Below, piece by piece: positions 50,691 to 63,579 of a DNA stretch of 64,000 nucleotides (its first letter is position 1; each line of letters begins with the position of its first letter). The stretch is taken from contig NC_057718.1 in NCBI RefSeq assembly GCF_004010195.1, positions 35,935,817 to 35,999,816 of the forward strand. Direction: 5' to 3'. Source of the DNA: Chiloscyllium plagiosum. Its lineage: Eukaryota. The translations under genes were made by a program, and so were the position numbers. Below the pieces are notes generated by a model that was not told the DNA's origin, made no database searches, and was given only the letters and a program-made list of their open reading frames with translations.

Positions 50691-51261
50691 ACTCATATGG
50701 TCTTAATGTTTAAAATGCATCATTCAATGAGACTAAGTCTACATACCATCACTTAAGTTTGTCTTCTTTGATCCATTCACCTAATTAGTCTCCTACGTGT
50801 TCTGTTAAATATCTATTAGTCTTGCACATAGGAGGTGGTGGTAAAAAGCTGTTGCTTATCTGTGTATCTTTGAGTGATTTGAGGAATCCTGCTGGAGATG
50901 GTCAAATGTGCTGTATGTCACAGTGTCATTTTTGGCAGTGAAGCAGTGTAGTAAATATGACTGAAGATAGATTGATATGCACAACTAAGTAACATTTAAC
51001 TAAACCTGAAAAACCAGTTTTTGGAAGATGGAAGTAGGTGACAGAGTTTTACTGTTGGTGTCCAGACCAAGTGAGTGGGCAGCACAGATGGTGTGCAGTG
51101 TTGGTATGTTGCAGGTTAGGGTGTGTGAGGGTGAGTTAGGAAGATGTTATATGCATTGTGAGACTGGTAGAGCATGAGCATTGGTAGCAGCTGAGTACAA
51201 TAGCAGAGATGGAGTGACTATGAAGTATAAGAGAGAGGATGGTGGCACTTAAGCTATTGGC

Positions 51262-51465
51262 ATGTATTAGGACATTGACTTACTTTCTACAGTGCTGAGC
51301 ATTACTTGAGGTTGAAACTGCTCTAACCTGGGTGACAACTTCTGACCAGGCTGCCAGAGTCTGGTGTTATGGCCTCCACTGATGGTCATGGTGGAAAGAC
51401 AATTCCTGCTCATGCCCCACCTTGTCCAGCAGGAGCTCCAGAATCCTGCCTTAAAAGTGGGGCAC
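51262..51465 (-). pseudogene. PIF/Harbinger Myb/SANT-like ORF fossil
   Basis: Minus frame reads VPHF*GRILELLLDKVGHEQELSFHHDHQWRP*HQTLAAWSEVVTQVRAVSTSSNAQHCRK*VNVL, fitting the PxF..LExLL..W..V...V.A.S....Q.CRKK.NDL pattern; 3 in-frame stops. Confidence 0.65.
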
Positions 51466-51494
51466 CAATTTGGGGCAAATGTCAGCAGTGATGT

Positions 51495-52165
51495 AAATGA
51501 GCAAAGTGATCTCGATGTCCATGTAGGTCCCTGAAAGTTGTCACCCAGGTTGATAGGGTTGTTAAGAAGGCATACGGTGTGTTAGCTTTTATTGGTAGAG
51601 GGATAGAGTTTCGGAACAACAAGGCCATGCTGCAGCTGTGTAAAACTCTGGTGCGACTGCACTTGGAGTATTGCGTACAGTTCTGGTCACCGCATTATAG
51701 CAAGGATGTGGAAGCTTTGGAAAAGGTTCAGAGGAGATTTACTAGGATGTTGCCTGGTATGGAAGGATGGTCTTATGAGGAAGGTTTAGGGACTTGAGGC
51801 TGTCTTCATTAGAGAAAAGGTTGAGAGGTGACTTAACTGAGACATATAAGATAATAGAGGGTTAAATAGGATGGACAGTGAGAGCCTTTTTCCTCGAATG
51901 GTGATGGCTAGATGAGGCTACATAACTTTAAATTGAGGGATAATAGATATAGGACAGATGTCAGAGGTAGTTCCTTTATTCAGAGAGTAGTAGGGGCGTG
52001 GAACGCACTGCCTGCGACAGTAGTAGACTCACCAACTTTAAGGGGATTTAAATGGTCATTGGATAAACATATGGATGAAAATGGAATGGTAAAGGATAGA
52101 TAGGCTTCAGATTGGTTAGCGCAACGTTGAGGGCCAAAGGGCCTGTACTGTGCTGTTATGTTCTA
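51495..52165 (+). mobile_element. CR1 LINE 3' fragment (distinct subfamily)
   Basis: ORFs LAFIGRGIEFR..LVRLHLEYCVQFWSPHY..QRRFTRMLPG and VVGAWNALPATVV. Confidence 0.9.
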
Positions 52166-53539
52166 ATCATGCAGGGCAGCCCTGGCTGTACTGGTGTGCA
52201 ATGTCTTTGCAATCCAACACTGGCGTGAGAGAAGGTGGCTCCTTCTGGGATTCTGGTGAGTTGCTTATAGAATTTCTGGTGCTAACATGGGACAGAAATC
52301 TAATGTGCTACTGCCATAAGGTGCCAATTAGTAAGATGTGGCAAGAATACCCGCTTGCCCTAACAGCAAGAATCACTCCACTGACCTTGAAGCGACTCTC
52401 ACTTCGCCAAAGAATATTCAGCCTGACAGATGCAGTGTTGATAAGTGTATAAGAGAAAGTGGAGGAAGCTTATTAAAAAGGAGAGGAAAAAAAGGAGCTG
52501 GGATTAAAAAGAAATAGCAAAGTTTTGAATTGCAAAAATGACCTGAGTCATCATGTGTATCAGTGAAACAGAGATAGTAACTGTTACTTGCTAGTCTTAT
52601 GTTTGTTTTAGTAAATATAAATGCCCCTTAGCTAGAGAGCAAGTAGAGTTAGCCATCCAAAGATTTGAACTATTGCTGCAAAATGCATGTTTTGTCAAAG
52701 CTTTCTGTTTTGAACTATGCTCAGCCAATATGTAATTTTATTCCAAGTGGAGCTTTTCAGGCAAAGCATTACTTCAGGGTCCTTAACATAGGAATGTTCT
52801 GATTTGTTACCCTAAACTAATAGTTGATAGGGAATCCATGCATCATTTTGCATTTTTAGTTTAGTAAATTGGATATTATAGTATCATTGAGTATTGATCT
52901 CAGTATTCATTTGCAAGATTTCTTGTAATTTAGCCATTTTTGTGCAGTTGTTTGTAAAATTACACAAACAAATGAAGTATTCTTTGTGTGAATTTCACTT
53001 TTTTTATTGAATCGTGGTAGATTATTAAGTACAGATACACATTATTATTGTAACTTGTATTGCTTAAATGTATGTTAGCAGTTTTCTACTAAAATCAGTA
53101 TATTTGTCTAAAAAGATATGACCGTGGCTATATGTAACTAGTCAGTACAGTAATCCCTATTCAATAACAATGCCCAAGGCTAAGGAAAACTTTGGATTCC
53201 AGGCAATTTTGTTCCTACTTGTGATGAATTTATCGGGTTCAGGAGTTTGCATAGGGCTGTTCTTGGCTCTGGTGGGTAAGCTCCATTTAGAAATTTGTTC
53301 TGTTTCGTATTATCATTTAATTTACGTAAAGTCATAAGGACATGGATATATCTTTTGTGCATCCTCAACCCCTCTTTCCCCCCCCCCCCCCCCCATGTTA
53401 TATGTGCTAATGTGGTTCATTAAGACAGAATCTTGAAAAGCCCTGCCCTAATTAACCAGGTTGTAATTTTCTTTAAAATTTATCATATACCCAACCTGTA
53501 GACGCATGTTTCACTGATTATGTTTAATCATTCTTATAG

Positions 53540-53677
53540 GGGTTGAAGCCTCTAGTTTCCACAGAAACTCCCACTATGATTTTTGCTACACCCACAAAAC
53601 CCATATCTGAATTGGAAGGAGGAGGAATGCACTTATTAGGAAGGAATAAGGTGCCTGATTTCCAGCAAATGTTTCAG
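53540..53677 (+). CDS. COX7A2L: COX7A2L coding exon 2
   Basis: TAG|GGG acceptor; 138 nt encoding GLKPLVSTETPTMIFATPTKPISELEGGGMHLLGRNKVPDFQQMFQ; CAG|GTATGA donor. Confidence 0.94.
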
Positions 53678-56636
53678 GTATGAATCAAAGTTTGCCTTAA
53701 CTACAGCAAAAAATATTTCAAACTACTTGTGCCTTTTAAGGAATTCAAAGAATTTTAGAAATGATAAGGGATGATTCGTGATCTTGCATTATTACCTTAG
53801 AGTCCTGGTAATATGATGAATAATCTTACATGTACATTCATGAAATTATAGCTCTGGTTGTGTAGTGCATCAATTACTGAGGATGTTCATCTGTTGCTCA
53901 AAACAAATTAAGCAATAATGTGACAACCTCTTCTCTCGGAAATCTAAGAAACAATGCACTGTTATAAGCTTTGAATTTGGCTAGATCAGATGAATGTCTC
54001 TGCACATTGTCTGCATTTGAATTGTAATAGGGTTCCACTATATTTCTACATGTTTATTTTGTCCATTGTTTTCACTTGTTCAAATTGAATGTATAGAGTT
54101 TACAATTTACATAAACTGGCCCTTGTACTCAAAACAGACCAGTTAATGAAGCAAATTTTAGATTACTATTTTTAGGCCAAATACCACCTCAGCAATGTGT
54201 ATGGTGTATGTTTCAACACTCAGCAGGAGCTACAGATTCTTAATTATAGAGTCACTTTTTCAGAGAAAGAGTGGCATTTGGCTGTGTTGTTTTTTCTCAA
54301 ATATGTCACTTCCAACATTTAACAATTCTCATATCTGTTCTTGAGAATAGCTGTTGCAAGGGATTTTCTTAACAGCAGTATAGCTGGGTTTTCTATGCAG
54401 TATAATTATTTTCTAACCATTTTTTAAGCTGTAGATAGATGGTCATTATGCTGAAATAACCCTTTACTCAGGTTTGAGTTTAAAGAAGGAAATATTTAGT
54501 GGTTGCTGCGTTAATAGATATATAACAACCTTCCTTTTGAATAACATATATTTGGAATTGTGCTACACGGTAACCAGGCATAAAGAGTTGGCTAAGAACC
54601 TACAATTTTCTGACAAGGATAGATGTCAACAGTTGCTGCTGTCTGGTCCTGACAGGTTCAGCTTTTTGATCATTTTTAAAAGGAATCTTTGTGGAGCTTC
54701 TGGAGTTTTGTGCAATGGATCAGTGGGAACATCTTGTCTTTGAATCAGAAGGTCATGGGTTCAAGTTGCACTTCAAATGAGCAGAAGGAATTGTGAATAT
54801 TGAAGACTAACTGGAATAATTGTAGGAGACAAAATAATTGGCAAAAAAATTGAATTTAGTTGTGTACAGAACCAAAACATATCTCTTGGGAGCGTGGAGT
54901 TCATGCCTAAATTATATTTTAGGCTTTAGTTATAACATGTGTTGTGACATTGTGATTCTAAAAACCCTTAAAGCTGATTTTTATTTTTGTCTAGAAGTGG
55001 AAGTATCCTAATAATAAGCCTTTTCAGAAAATGGCACCACACCATTGCGAAGTGCTTATTTCCTGTCTTGTTAAATGGTTTTTTTCACTGTTTGAACTTG
55101 GCCTTATTTTAGTTATTTATTGCTTTAAATACTCCCAGTGAAACTGGTTTTATGCAGCATTGATTTAATTAAAATACTCTACAAGCGCTCGAGTAAATTT
55201 GTTTTGACCTGTTAAAAGGTATCCTGTAAAGATTTTTTAAAAAGAGGGCAATTGGGAACATGCTAGGAAATGTCTTTACAAAACAAATCGCTCATTCAAC
55301 TCAAATGGTTCGCTGTTGTCTTTATGCTCCATGTAAACCACCTCCCATCCATTCTACCTCTAATGACATCACTATTCACTAAAATATACTTGTGTTAGTC
55401 ACCTTAAATACATCGACAAGGTCCATAGCTTTCTCGCGCTCTGGATAAAGACACCTCTCTTGAATTTTCCTATTTGATTTAATGTTAACTATAATATTTC
55501 TGTTGTGTCATTCTGGGCTCTCTCACAAATATGTATTTACCCAGTCTTAAGCTATTATCATCTTAAAGACCTCAATACAATCATGTATCAGTCTTATCCT
55601 TTCCAGTGAATAGGCCCCAAGCCTACTTAAGGTTTCCTAATAGGTTTAACCATTTAGTTCCAGTATTATTCTGAAATATCTTTTATGTACCTTCAGTATC
55701 TGTAATTCACTTCCATAAGATGGAGACCAGAACAATTCATAGTACTCCATGCGGTTTAACTAAAATTTGATGCAATATGAACATCTCTGCCTTTCTGTAA
55801 TTTTCAAAATGAACCCAGTGCATTATTTTGTCTTTTAGGCCTTTATTGATCTGTGCTAACTGTTCTTATATGTTTGTGAAGCATGCGGCACAGAAGAATA
55901 GAGTCTGCTCTGACTGTTTCAACCCAGTTACTGTTATTTTCCTTCTGTATTCTCTTTCTGTATCCCTGCAATTCTTTTTTTTTCCCTCAAGTACTTCTCT
56001 AATTTCCTTTGAATGTATATAACCTCTGCTAACAGCAAATGCATTCCAAAATCTGTTAGTTGCATAAAAAGGATTTTCCTTATTTTTCTTTGGTTTATTT
56101 GATAGTGAACTTGAACTTCTTTCTTCTGGTTGTCAACTGTACAATTTGTTTTTCTTTATCTACTTTCTACCTAGTCCTTTGTGATTTTAAAAGGTGTCTG
56201 GACCCCAGATGCTTCTACTCCATATAGGATATTTCTACTCCATTTAGATAACTATTTTCTAGGAAGTGTATACTTTCCTCTTCCTCGCACAATAAACTAT
56301 ATCACATTTGTCTCTACTGAAGTATATTCACATGTTTGTCTTAATGATAGAAGTTCATGGGGCCATCACAAACGCATTGCACACCTTTTGAGTATTAAAA
56401 CCAATGTTCCTTCTTTTTCAAACAAAATGTCCACAGAACCTTTAAGTTTATTTGCTTGGTTGCATGTGGATCGTAGCCTAGAGAGTGTAACTTGTATTCA
56501 ATGTGTGGGGGATCTTGTAGGTTGCTTAGCAACCTCCTAAGTTAGAGGGAACATTGGTAAATCAGGAAAAGGATGTTTGCTGTATGAGTGTGATTGTTGT
56601 GTTAACTTTAAAATTTTTATCATGCTTGCTTTCTAG

Positions 56637-56780
56637 AAGCCAGATGGTTTGCCAGTACATTTAAAGCGAGGTGTCCCTGATCGACTACTATACAGGACTA
56701 CAATGGCATTGACGATTGGCGGGACGATTTACTGCTTGATAGCACTCTTTCTGGCAGCCCAGCCCAAAAAACACAACTGA
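56637..56780 (+). CDS. COX7A2L: COX7A2L coding exon 3 (COX7A-like C-terminal half with TM helix)
   Basis: TTTCTAG|AAG acceptor; encodes [50 protein letters not shown]; total protein 24+46+47=117 aa. Confidence 0.95.
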   Translation, partial: KPDGLPVHLKRGVPDRLLYRTTMALTIGGTIYCLIALFLAAQPKKHN

Positions 56781-57202
56781 GAAAAATCTATTATGATTCC
56801 AAAATCTCAACTCAAGGACTGGCAAATAATCCTCTGTACAGTTGTAACCTGTTTACTGATTTCTAAGTTTATTTCTAGCAGTTTATCTAAAATTTGGACA
56901 TGAGATTGACCAATCAACTTTAATCTGTGATTTGGTGGGAATTCCAGGGCCCAGGATTCTGCCTAATTCTAATGATTAGGTTTGATAGAAATTGTCATTG
57001 AATCATGTGAAGTGCTCGAGAAAATGTATTTAAAATTGATTAGGTGAATATAACATAGTGCCACAGGTGATGGGACCTGGAAGTTTTTGCACTTGCCACG
57101 AAGACCATCCGAACAGATGTCTATCTTGTGAGGAATTCTTATTCATCATTGTCATAATATTTTGTGCAAATGATGTGCAATCTGTTATATTTGTGCTGCT
57201 AA

Positions 57203-57208
57203 AATAAA
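57203..57208 (+). terminator. Probable COX7A2L polyadenylation signal
   Basis: AATAAA about 420 nt after the stop codon, followed by U/GU-rich sequence. Confidence 0.6.
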
Positions 57209-58844
57209 GTTCTAAAAGTGAACTTTGGTAATGTTTCCTTGGATCATTTACAAATAATTTTTGGGCAGATTAATTTGCAGTTTTGGTGATGAATATGCAT
57301 AGTTCCATGATCATTTTAAAAAGAAATGTTGCTTTTGGTACTAATCTTTCAATATACAACATTCACTACTGGTAGTGCAGTTAATCTTGCTTAAAGAATT
57401 GTCTCTTTTTCTGTTTAATTTGTGGAGATTTATGAACAATTCAGCATTTTGTCACCAGTTTTAAAATAATATCGCACTAAAAGTTGCGTTAAGAATATTT
57501 TCTTGCAAATTCTCTGCTCCGCCTGACCAGCACACTGATTATTTTGTTGCATTTTTGGTCAGTCAAAGGTGTTGTAATTTGCTTTTCATGTGCAGCAGTT
57601 ATAATGATTTTGTTTTTGTTACATTTAAACAAAACAATCTTTGCAGTTTTGATTACTGACAGAAATATTGATGATTGAGTTCAGCAAATGCATTTTAACA
57701 TTTCATTCAAATTTTTGGAACTTACTTGCTATGCGCAGAATGGCGATCAAAATAACTTGTTATCTTAAAGCCTAAAATAAGTTCAAGATATCAAAAGAAA
57801 CAGGAAAAATTTTCTAAATATCAGTTTAGCTAACACAAAAGATAGCCTGAAAATCATGTTCATTTGGTGTCCCTGTTCTGAATCATTGTCATAAACATGC
57901 ACTTGACGTTAGAACTTGACATTTTCAATCTGAATGCTAACGGTGAGAGCGAGAGGTGACTCAACTTTAGTTGAGGTTGAGGTGTATTGATTATTCTTAT
58001 TATTTAAATATGGTTATTAAAACAACTCTTCTGCAATGTCAGCTAAAAGAAATTCTCGCTTTAAATAGGAACACTTAGTGTCACCAATAAGTTTGAGTTC
58101 TGGATAGAGATTCATATCACCTTTTGTCTTTGTTACTAATAACTAACAGGTATCAGCATTTGCTACTCCAATAGTTTTATCATTGTGCTGATTCAAGCCC
58201 CTTCTTGGATTTGTCTTCCTTACCAGATTTGACATAATTTCACAGTTCTGTCATTTATTGTCATATGTAGACTCCAATTTCCATTTCAATGCAAAGGGGT
58301 TGAAAGGATATAGAGTGCTGAAAATTAATGCTATTAAGAGCACTTTAAAAGTTAAAAATGTTTTTCAATCAATTAATATTTCTCTTTGTCCTTTCCAGAA
58401 GACATCTGATATGGTCAGCTGTACATATGAATTCAATTATGTGAGATAGAGCTGTAGAAGATTGTGCAGACATTGGTTGCGGGGAGTGGTTAATGCAAGG
58501 GACACATTTGTAAATATATATGAAAAAGACTGAAGTCAGTGATTTTGGATTTGGGGACTTAGTGTTGATTATGAGTCTTGGGTATGTGGGGTATAATATA
58601 GGGGAGGGAGCTGAGAGGCTGTTGAGCAAGGTGTTGGAGAAGATTTGTAGTTAAGGCAGTATGAATGAGTTTCAGCAGCAGTGTGAATGATCTTAAATTG
58701 AAAGGTGTCAATATTATAGAAATAAAAATTTTACTGATTAGAATTATTAGAGTAAGGCATTTAAAGTATTAAAATAAAAGAAACCTATTTCATATTCTTC
58801 ACTGAAGTATAAAACATGCTTGGTTTAAACGTATATTACATCTA

Positions 58845-59990
58845 TGTGAGAGACCCTGCTGCAAATCAATCCCTGCTGTTTCTGGAGTTGTCACAAAATT
58901 TAATTTTATCAAAGTATACAAAGTACCAATTTGTTTGTTTGACCTAAGTTAACAGACGATCGGATGAGGTTTTTGTATTTAACAAAAATTGCTATTTATT
59001 ACAAATGAGTAAATTCTAATCACAAATTGCTCCCTTCAAAAACCTCTACACACAGGCAAAAAAAAATGGATTTTATGGATGAAGGAAAATAATTTCTGGG
59101 AAACAATTTAATAGTACTAGTCCTCAGGATTCGATGGAGTGTATCATTTGTTTCCCAATCCTTTAATTTTTCTGGTATTTTCCTTAAGGTCATTAAACCT
59201 TGGCATCTGCAACTGATCTCAATTGTACAAGTCTATTACTGTTTAAGCCTGATTTGGTATGCACACCGTTGTACCAGCATGTCATCGCTTCCACCTTTCC
59301 CTACTGCGTGCAACTCAATATTGTAAATATGACTCACAATGGGTTTCAATAACTTACTTTTTTAAAAGTATAACCATTCTTTCCTCTGTTCTTTTGTTTT
59401 AAAGTAATTTTATTAATTTTGTCCACAATCAAAAATGAACTAAAATAAAGGGTGTAGTCTTTACAATATTGCAATAATGCAGAGTAATCTTACAGAAAAT
59501 AACATTTTGTTAGTTTAGGATTTGTATATCATTGTGTATTTACATATCCTTTTAAACTGAGAGCTTTGATACCTTCCACCACCCTTGAGATTTGCTCAAG
59601 TTGAACATGGTGGCTAAGAGCTCCAATGTCGTGTTTGAACTGAGCTGAAACTCAAAATCACTTATCCTAGCCATCAATGCTTATTGCATATAAGCAAAAG
59701 TACATACCTATGTACTTTTCACTCTGCTTCATTTGAAATTCCTCACGCTCTCTGCTTTCTGAGGCAAAGGCAGAAAGTTCTACAATCAAAATGCAGCATA
59801 CTTCAGAATACCCTTCAAGGCCATCCTCTTTGTTATTCTCTTCCTTTAAACCATCATACAGCAAGTCTTCAATTGATTTTTTTTCTTTTACAGCTGCACC
59901 TTGTTGAACTTGCTCTTTGAGGTGCAATGAGAGGTTACATTATTAATGTTGAATAATTGTACATGATCTTTCAGCTTTTAAATTCTCACA
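58845..59990. mobile_element. Probable solo LTR
   Basis: Begins TGTGAGA and ends TCTCACA (TG..CA, 7-bp terminal inverted repeat); flanks TCTA / TATA (4-bp TSD with one mismatch); no coding similarity seen. Confidence 0.45.
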
Positions 59991-61138
59991 TATAGGGAGG
60001 CTAATGGTGTCATTTCAGGCTGGAACAAATGAAGTTATGGTTTGCTTGACTGGAGGCTGATAGAATTTTTTTGAGAAAATGAATCAATTAAAATGGGAAC
60101 AGCAGTGATGCAAGGATGACCTGCTGAAGCATTGAAAGTGTAGAGAGATGACCTGATTCAATGCGTTAATGTATAATTGTGGTTTAAGGATTGGGTAACA
60201 GTAGCATTTTTTTCCCATATTTATTATTCCAGGTTTTCCATTTCACGGCCTGTCTATAAAATGTCTATAGGGGCCATCACAGTGCAGTAACAAGTAATAA
60301 GCTTAATGCCAACACTGACCCAGTTGAAGTTGGAAAATATCCTGCCACTTGCCACATCGTATATTTTATTCAACTAATGTTTTCACTGGGCAAAATACTG
60401 CAGATGCTGGAAATGTGAAGTATGAAATCAAAAATCCAGGAAATACTTGTCAGTATCTGTGGGGAAGGAAACATTATTAACGGCTGCTTCTTAACTGAAA
60501 ATTGGCTCACTGTCATTTTTGTTGAGTTTCATGCAAGGTTTCTCTCCGTGAAGCTTAATGCTTTCTCAATTTATCATCCCTAAATCAGATAATTAATTAT
60601 GCCATGCCCTATTGCCCCTGCTCATCTGATGCCAACACGATTCTTCCACTCACTGGGCATTGCAGGGTTCCCTGTATCAATGCTATATGTAAAAAAAAAA
60701 GCTGTGCACCAGGTCATGCACTGGCAGGGCCAAGCTGTGCTGTAGGGTTTATGACCAGCTTAGCCAGTATGTGGAAATTGTTGCCTTGTTTTATGGATGG
60801 GGACCTAGATGGTGCAGAAGAGAGCAATCTTCTTGCCCTCACATCCCAGCCATGTAGAAGAGCCTACACGATCAAACATCACAAATGTGGTCAGAAGTAG
60901 TCCCCTCAGTCAGTATTGTCTCCATGGTCTGGAGAAACATATAGCAATGTCACAAGGTAAATTACCTTCTCTCTCCACCAGGGTAAATGCTCCTGTTGGT
61001 TCTGTGCTACTTCAAACTCTCTTTTTTTTGTTGCAGCCCCCATTTCACACCAAATCTCATGATTTGCCGCTCTCAATTGTTGTTTGAAACATCTTACCTC
61101 ATTCTTTCTGTCCACCCCATCTTAGTAAATTTGTATGG

Positions 61139-61267
61139 GGAAAGTGAGGACTGCAGATGCTGGAGATCAGAGCTGAAAAATGAAGAAGGGCTTATGCCCG
61201 AAACGTCAATTCTCCTGCTCCTTGGATACTGCCTGACCTGCGCTTTTCCAGCAACACATTTTTCAGC
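61139..61267. mobile_element. Short Penelope-derived insertion
   Basis: 16-bp TSD TAGTAAATTTGTATGG (61123-38 / 61268-83); TGAAGA-A-GGGC-TTAT-GCCC-GAAA-CGTC. Confidence 0.8.
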
Positions 61268-61522
61268 TAGTAAATTTGTATGGCCTGTACACTGCCTGCT
61301 CATGTGGAACACCTAACCACTTGCACCAGCATTAACAGTTGTGCCACCCACTTTTGTCTCATTCAATCTTAGATGGGTTAATGGATTGAAAAATGGCAGA
61401 TGGGGTTCCATCTGGAAAAATGTAAGGTGTTGAATTTTGGTTAAACAACATTAGGGCTTATACAATTGATGGTAGAGCCTTTAGGTAGTGTTGTAGAACT
61501 GAGGGACTAAGGGGTGCAAGTA

Positions 61523-61682
61523 CAGAGGAACCTCGATTATCGGAAGGACACCGGCAGGGAGTTAATCGAATGCCGAATAATCAATGCCGGATACCGTAGT
61601 TAGCCATGCATCGACATCTTGCGATCTTGTTCGGATGATTTGAATTCAGTTAATCGAATGTCGGATAATCAAGGTTCTTCTG
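61523..61682. mobile_element. pogo/Tigger-type (Tc1-mariner) MITE
   Basis: TA on both sides (61521-22, 61683-84); TIR CAGAGGAACCTCGATTATCGGA vs CAGAAGAACCTTGATTATCCGA (22 bp, 3 mismatches). Confidence 0.85.
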
Positions 61683-62730
61683 TACATCATTCTCTAAAAT
61701 TTGTGTCACATAGACAGGATGGTTAAAAAGGAGCTTAGCACGCTTCCTTTTCTCAATTCTTTGAGTTGGGACTTTATATTGAGATTTACAGGACATTCAT
61801 GAGGCTCCTTCTGGAAAACTGTGTTCAGATCTAGTCACCCAATTATAGGAAGGATGTTAAGCTGGTGAGGGTTCAGAAGAGAGTTACCAGGATATTGCTG
61901 AGTATGGAAGGTTTGAGTCAGAGAAAGGCTGGATAGGCTAGGACATTTTTCACTGGAGTGTAGGACGTTGAGAAGTGACCTAATAGAAGTTTATAAAATA
62001 ACAAGAGGTATAGATAAAGTTGATGGTATTTGTCTTTTCTTGAAGATGGGGAATGTCAAGACATCCTCTCACATTTTTAAGGTGAGAGGGTGACATGAGG
62101 CAATTCTTTTGCACAGAGGTTGTTTTGCATGTGGAATGAACTCCCTGAGGATGTGGTGGATGTGCACACAGTCACAACATTTAAAAGATGTGTGGATGAA
62201 TACATTTTTAGGGAAGGTTTGGAGGAATATGGGCCAGGAACAGGCAGGTATGACTAGTTTAGTTTGGGATTATGTTTGGCATTGACTGGTTGGATGGAAG
62301 GATCTGTTTCTATGCTAGATAACACTCTGACTTTCTCTCATTCTTGGGGAAAATGGCATATAATAGTCAGGACAGGTAGTGAGGTGAATGACGTTCAGTG
62401 AAGAAGGTGTTCAGTATGCTTTCCTTTATTGGTCAGAGCATCAAGTATAGGAATTGGGAGGTCACGTTGCAGCTGTATGGGGTATTGGTTAGGCCACTTT
62501 TGGAATATTGTATGTAATTTTGGTCTCCATCCTGTAGGAAAGATGTTGTGAAAGTTGAAAGCGATCAGAAAAGTTTTACAGGGATGTTGCCAGGGTTGGA
62601 TGGTTAGAGCTGTACGGAGAGGCTGAATAGGCTGGGGCTGATTTTCCTGGAGCGTCGGAGGCTGAGATTTTCTAGGCCTTTATAGAGGTTTAGAAAATCA
62701 TGAGGGGAATGAATAGGGTAAATAGACAAG

Positions 62731-62814
62731 AAGAAAGTGAGTACTGCAGAGCAGGAGAATCAACATTTCGGGCAAAAGCCCTTCATCAGAAAGTTTCCAC
62801 CACACTCTCGACTC
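62731..62814. mobile_element. Short Penelope-derived insertion in CR1
   Basis: 12-bp TSD TAAATAGACAAG (62719-30 / 62815-26); hammerhead core on minus strand at ~62757-62792. Confidence 0.75.
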
Positions 62815-63579
62815 TAAATAGACAAGGTCTTTTCCCTGTGATGGGGGAATCCAGAACTAGAGGGCATCGGTTTAGGGTGAGGGGAAGAGATTTAAAGGGA
62901 CCTAAGGGGCAGCTTTTTCACACAGTGGATGGTACGTGTATGGAATGAGCTACCAGAGGAAGTGTTGGAAGCCGAAACAATTACAACATTTAAAAGACAT
63001 CTGGATGCGTATATGAATCGGAATTGTTTAGAGGGATATAGGCCAAGTACTGGCAAATCGGACTAGAGTAGATTAGGCTATCTGGCCGACATGCATGAGT
63101 TGTATCAAAGCGTCTGTTTACGTGCTGTACATCTCAATGACTCTGAGTGAGAAGCATAGTCCATTGCTGTGGTACTCTTGCTTTGCCCCTATTGTGAATG
63201 TATTCTGACCATGCCACAACTTCTACTCCTTGTTTGTGACACATTTTCTTGTCTCCCTTAATTATGAGTGAGATTAGCACAACCTCTGTTGTCAAGAGGG
63301 CAGTGCCAAAAGACATCCACTCCTTCATCTCTGAGGAAGAGGGCACACATACCTCAGAGGTGGTGCTGGTAGGAATCTAGCTGGAGGAGGAAACAGAAAG
63401 GGACTCCTCAGAAATCTCCTCTCGGAACAGTCCAGAGATGGTTAGGCCTTCTATCTGCTTGTGGGATGTCAAGCTGAGAAAAGTGTGTCTGCCTATGGGC
63501 AGGATGCACTCAGCATGTCTGGTCCATGTAGACTAATATCCCCAGGATTTTTCGACTAAATCTCCAAGGTCAAAGGTTC

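Larger units (their letters stand above)
61370..63145 (+). mobile_element. Two tandem CR1 3' fragments (61370-62330, ~62395-63145) with nested insertions
   Basis: Similarity to other CR1 copies; ESRTRGHRFRVRG; tail ATGACTCT. Confidence 0.85.

Noticed and set aside
53378..53394. Poly-C run (and poly-G near 20233)
   Set aside because: Simple homopolymers of uncertain assembly length; no further structure.
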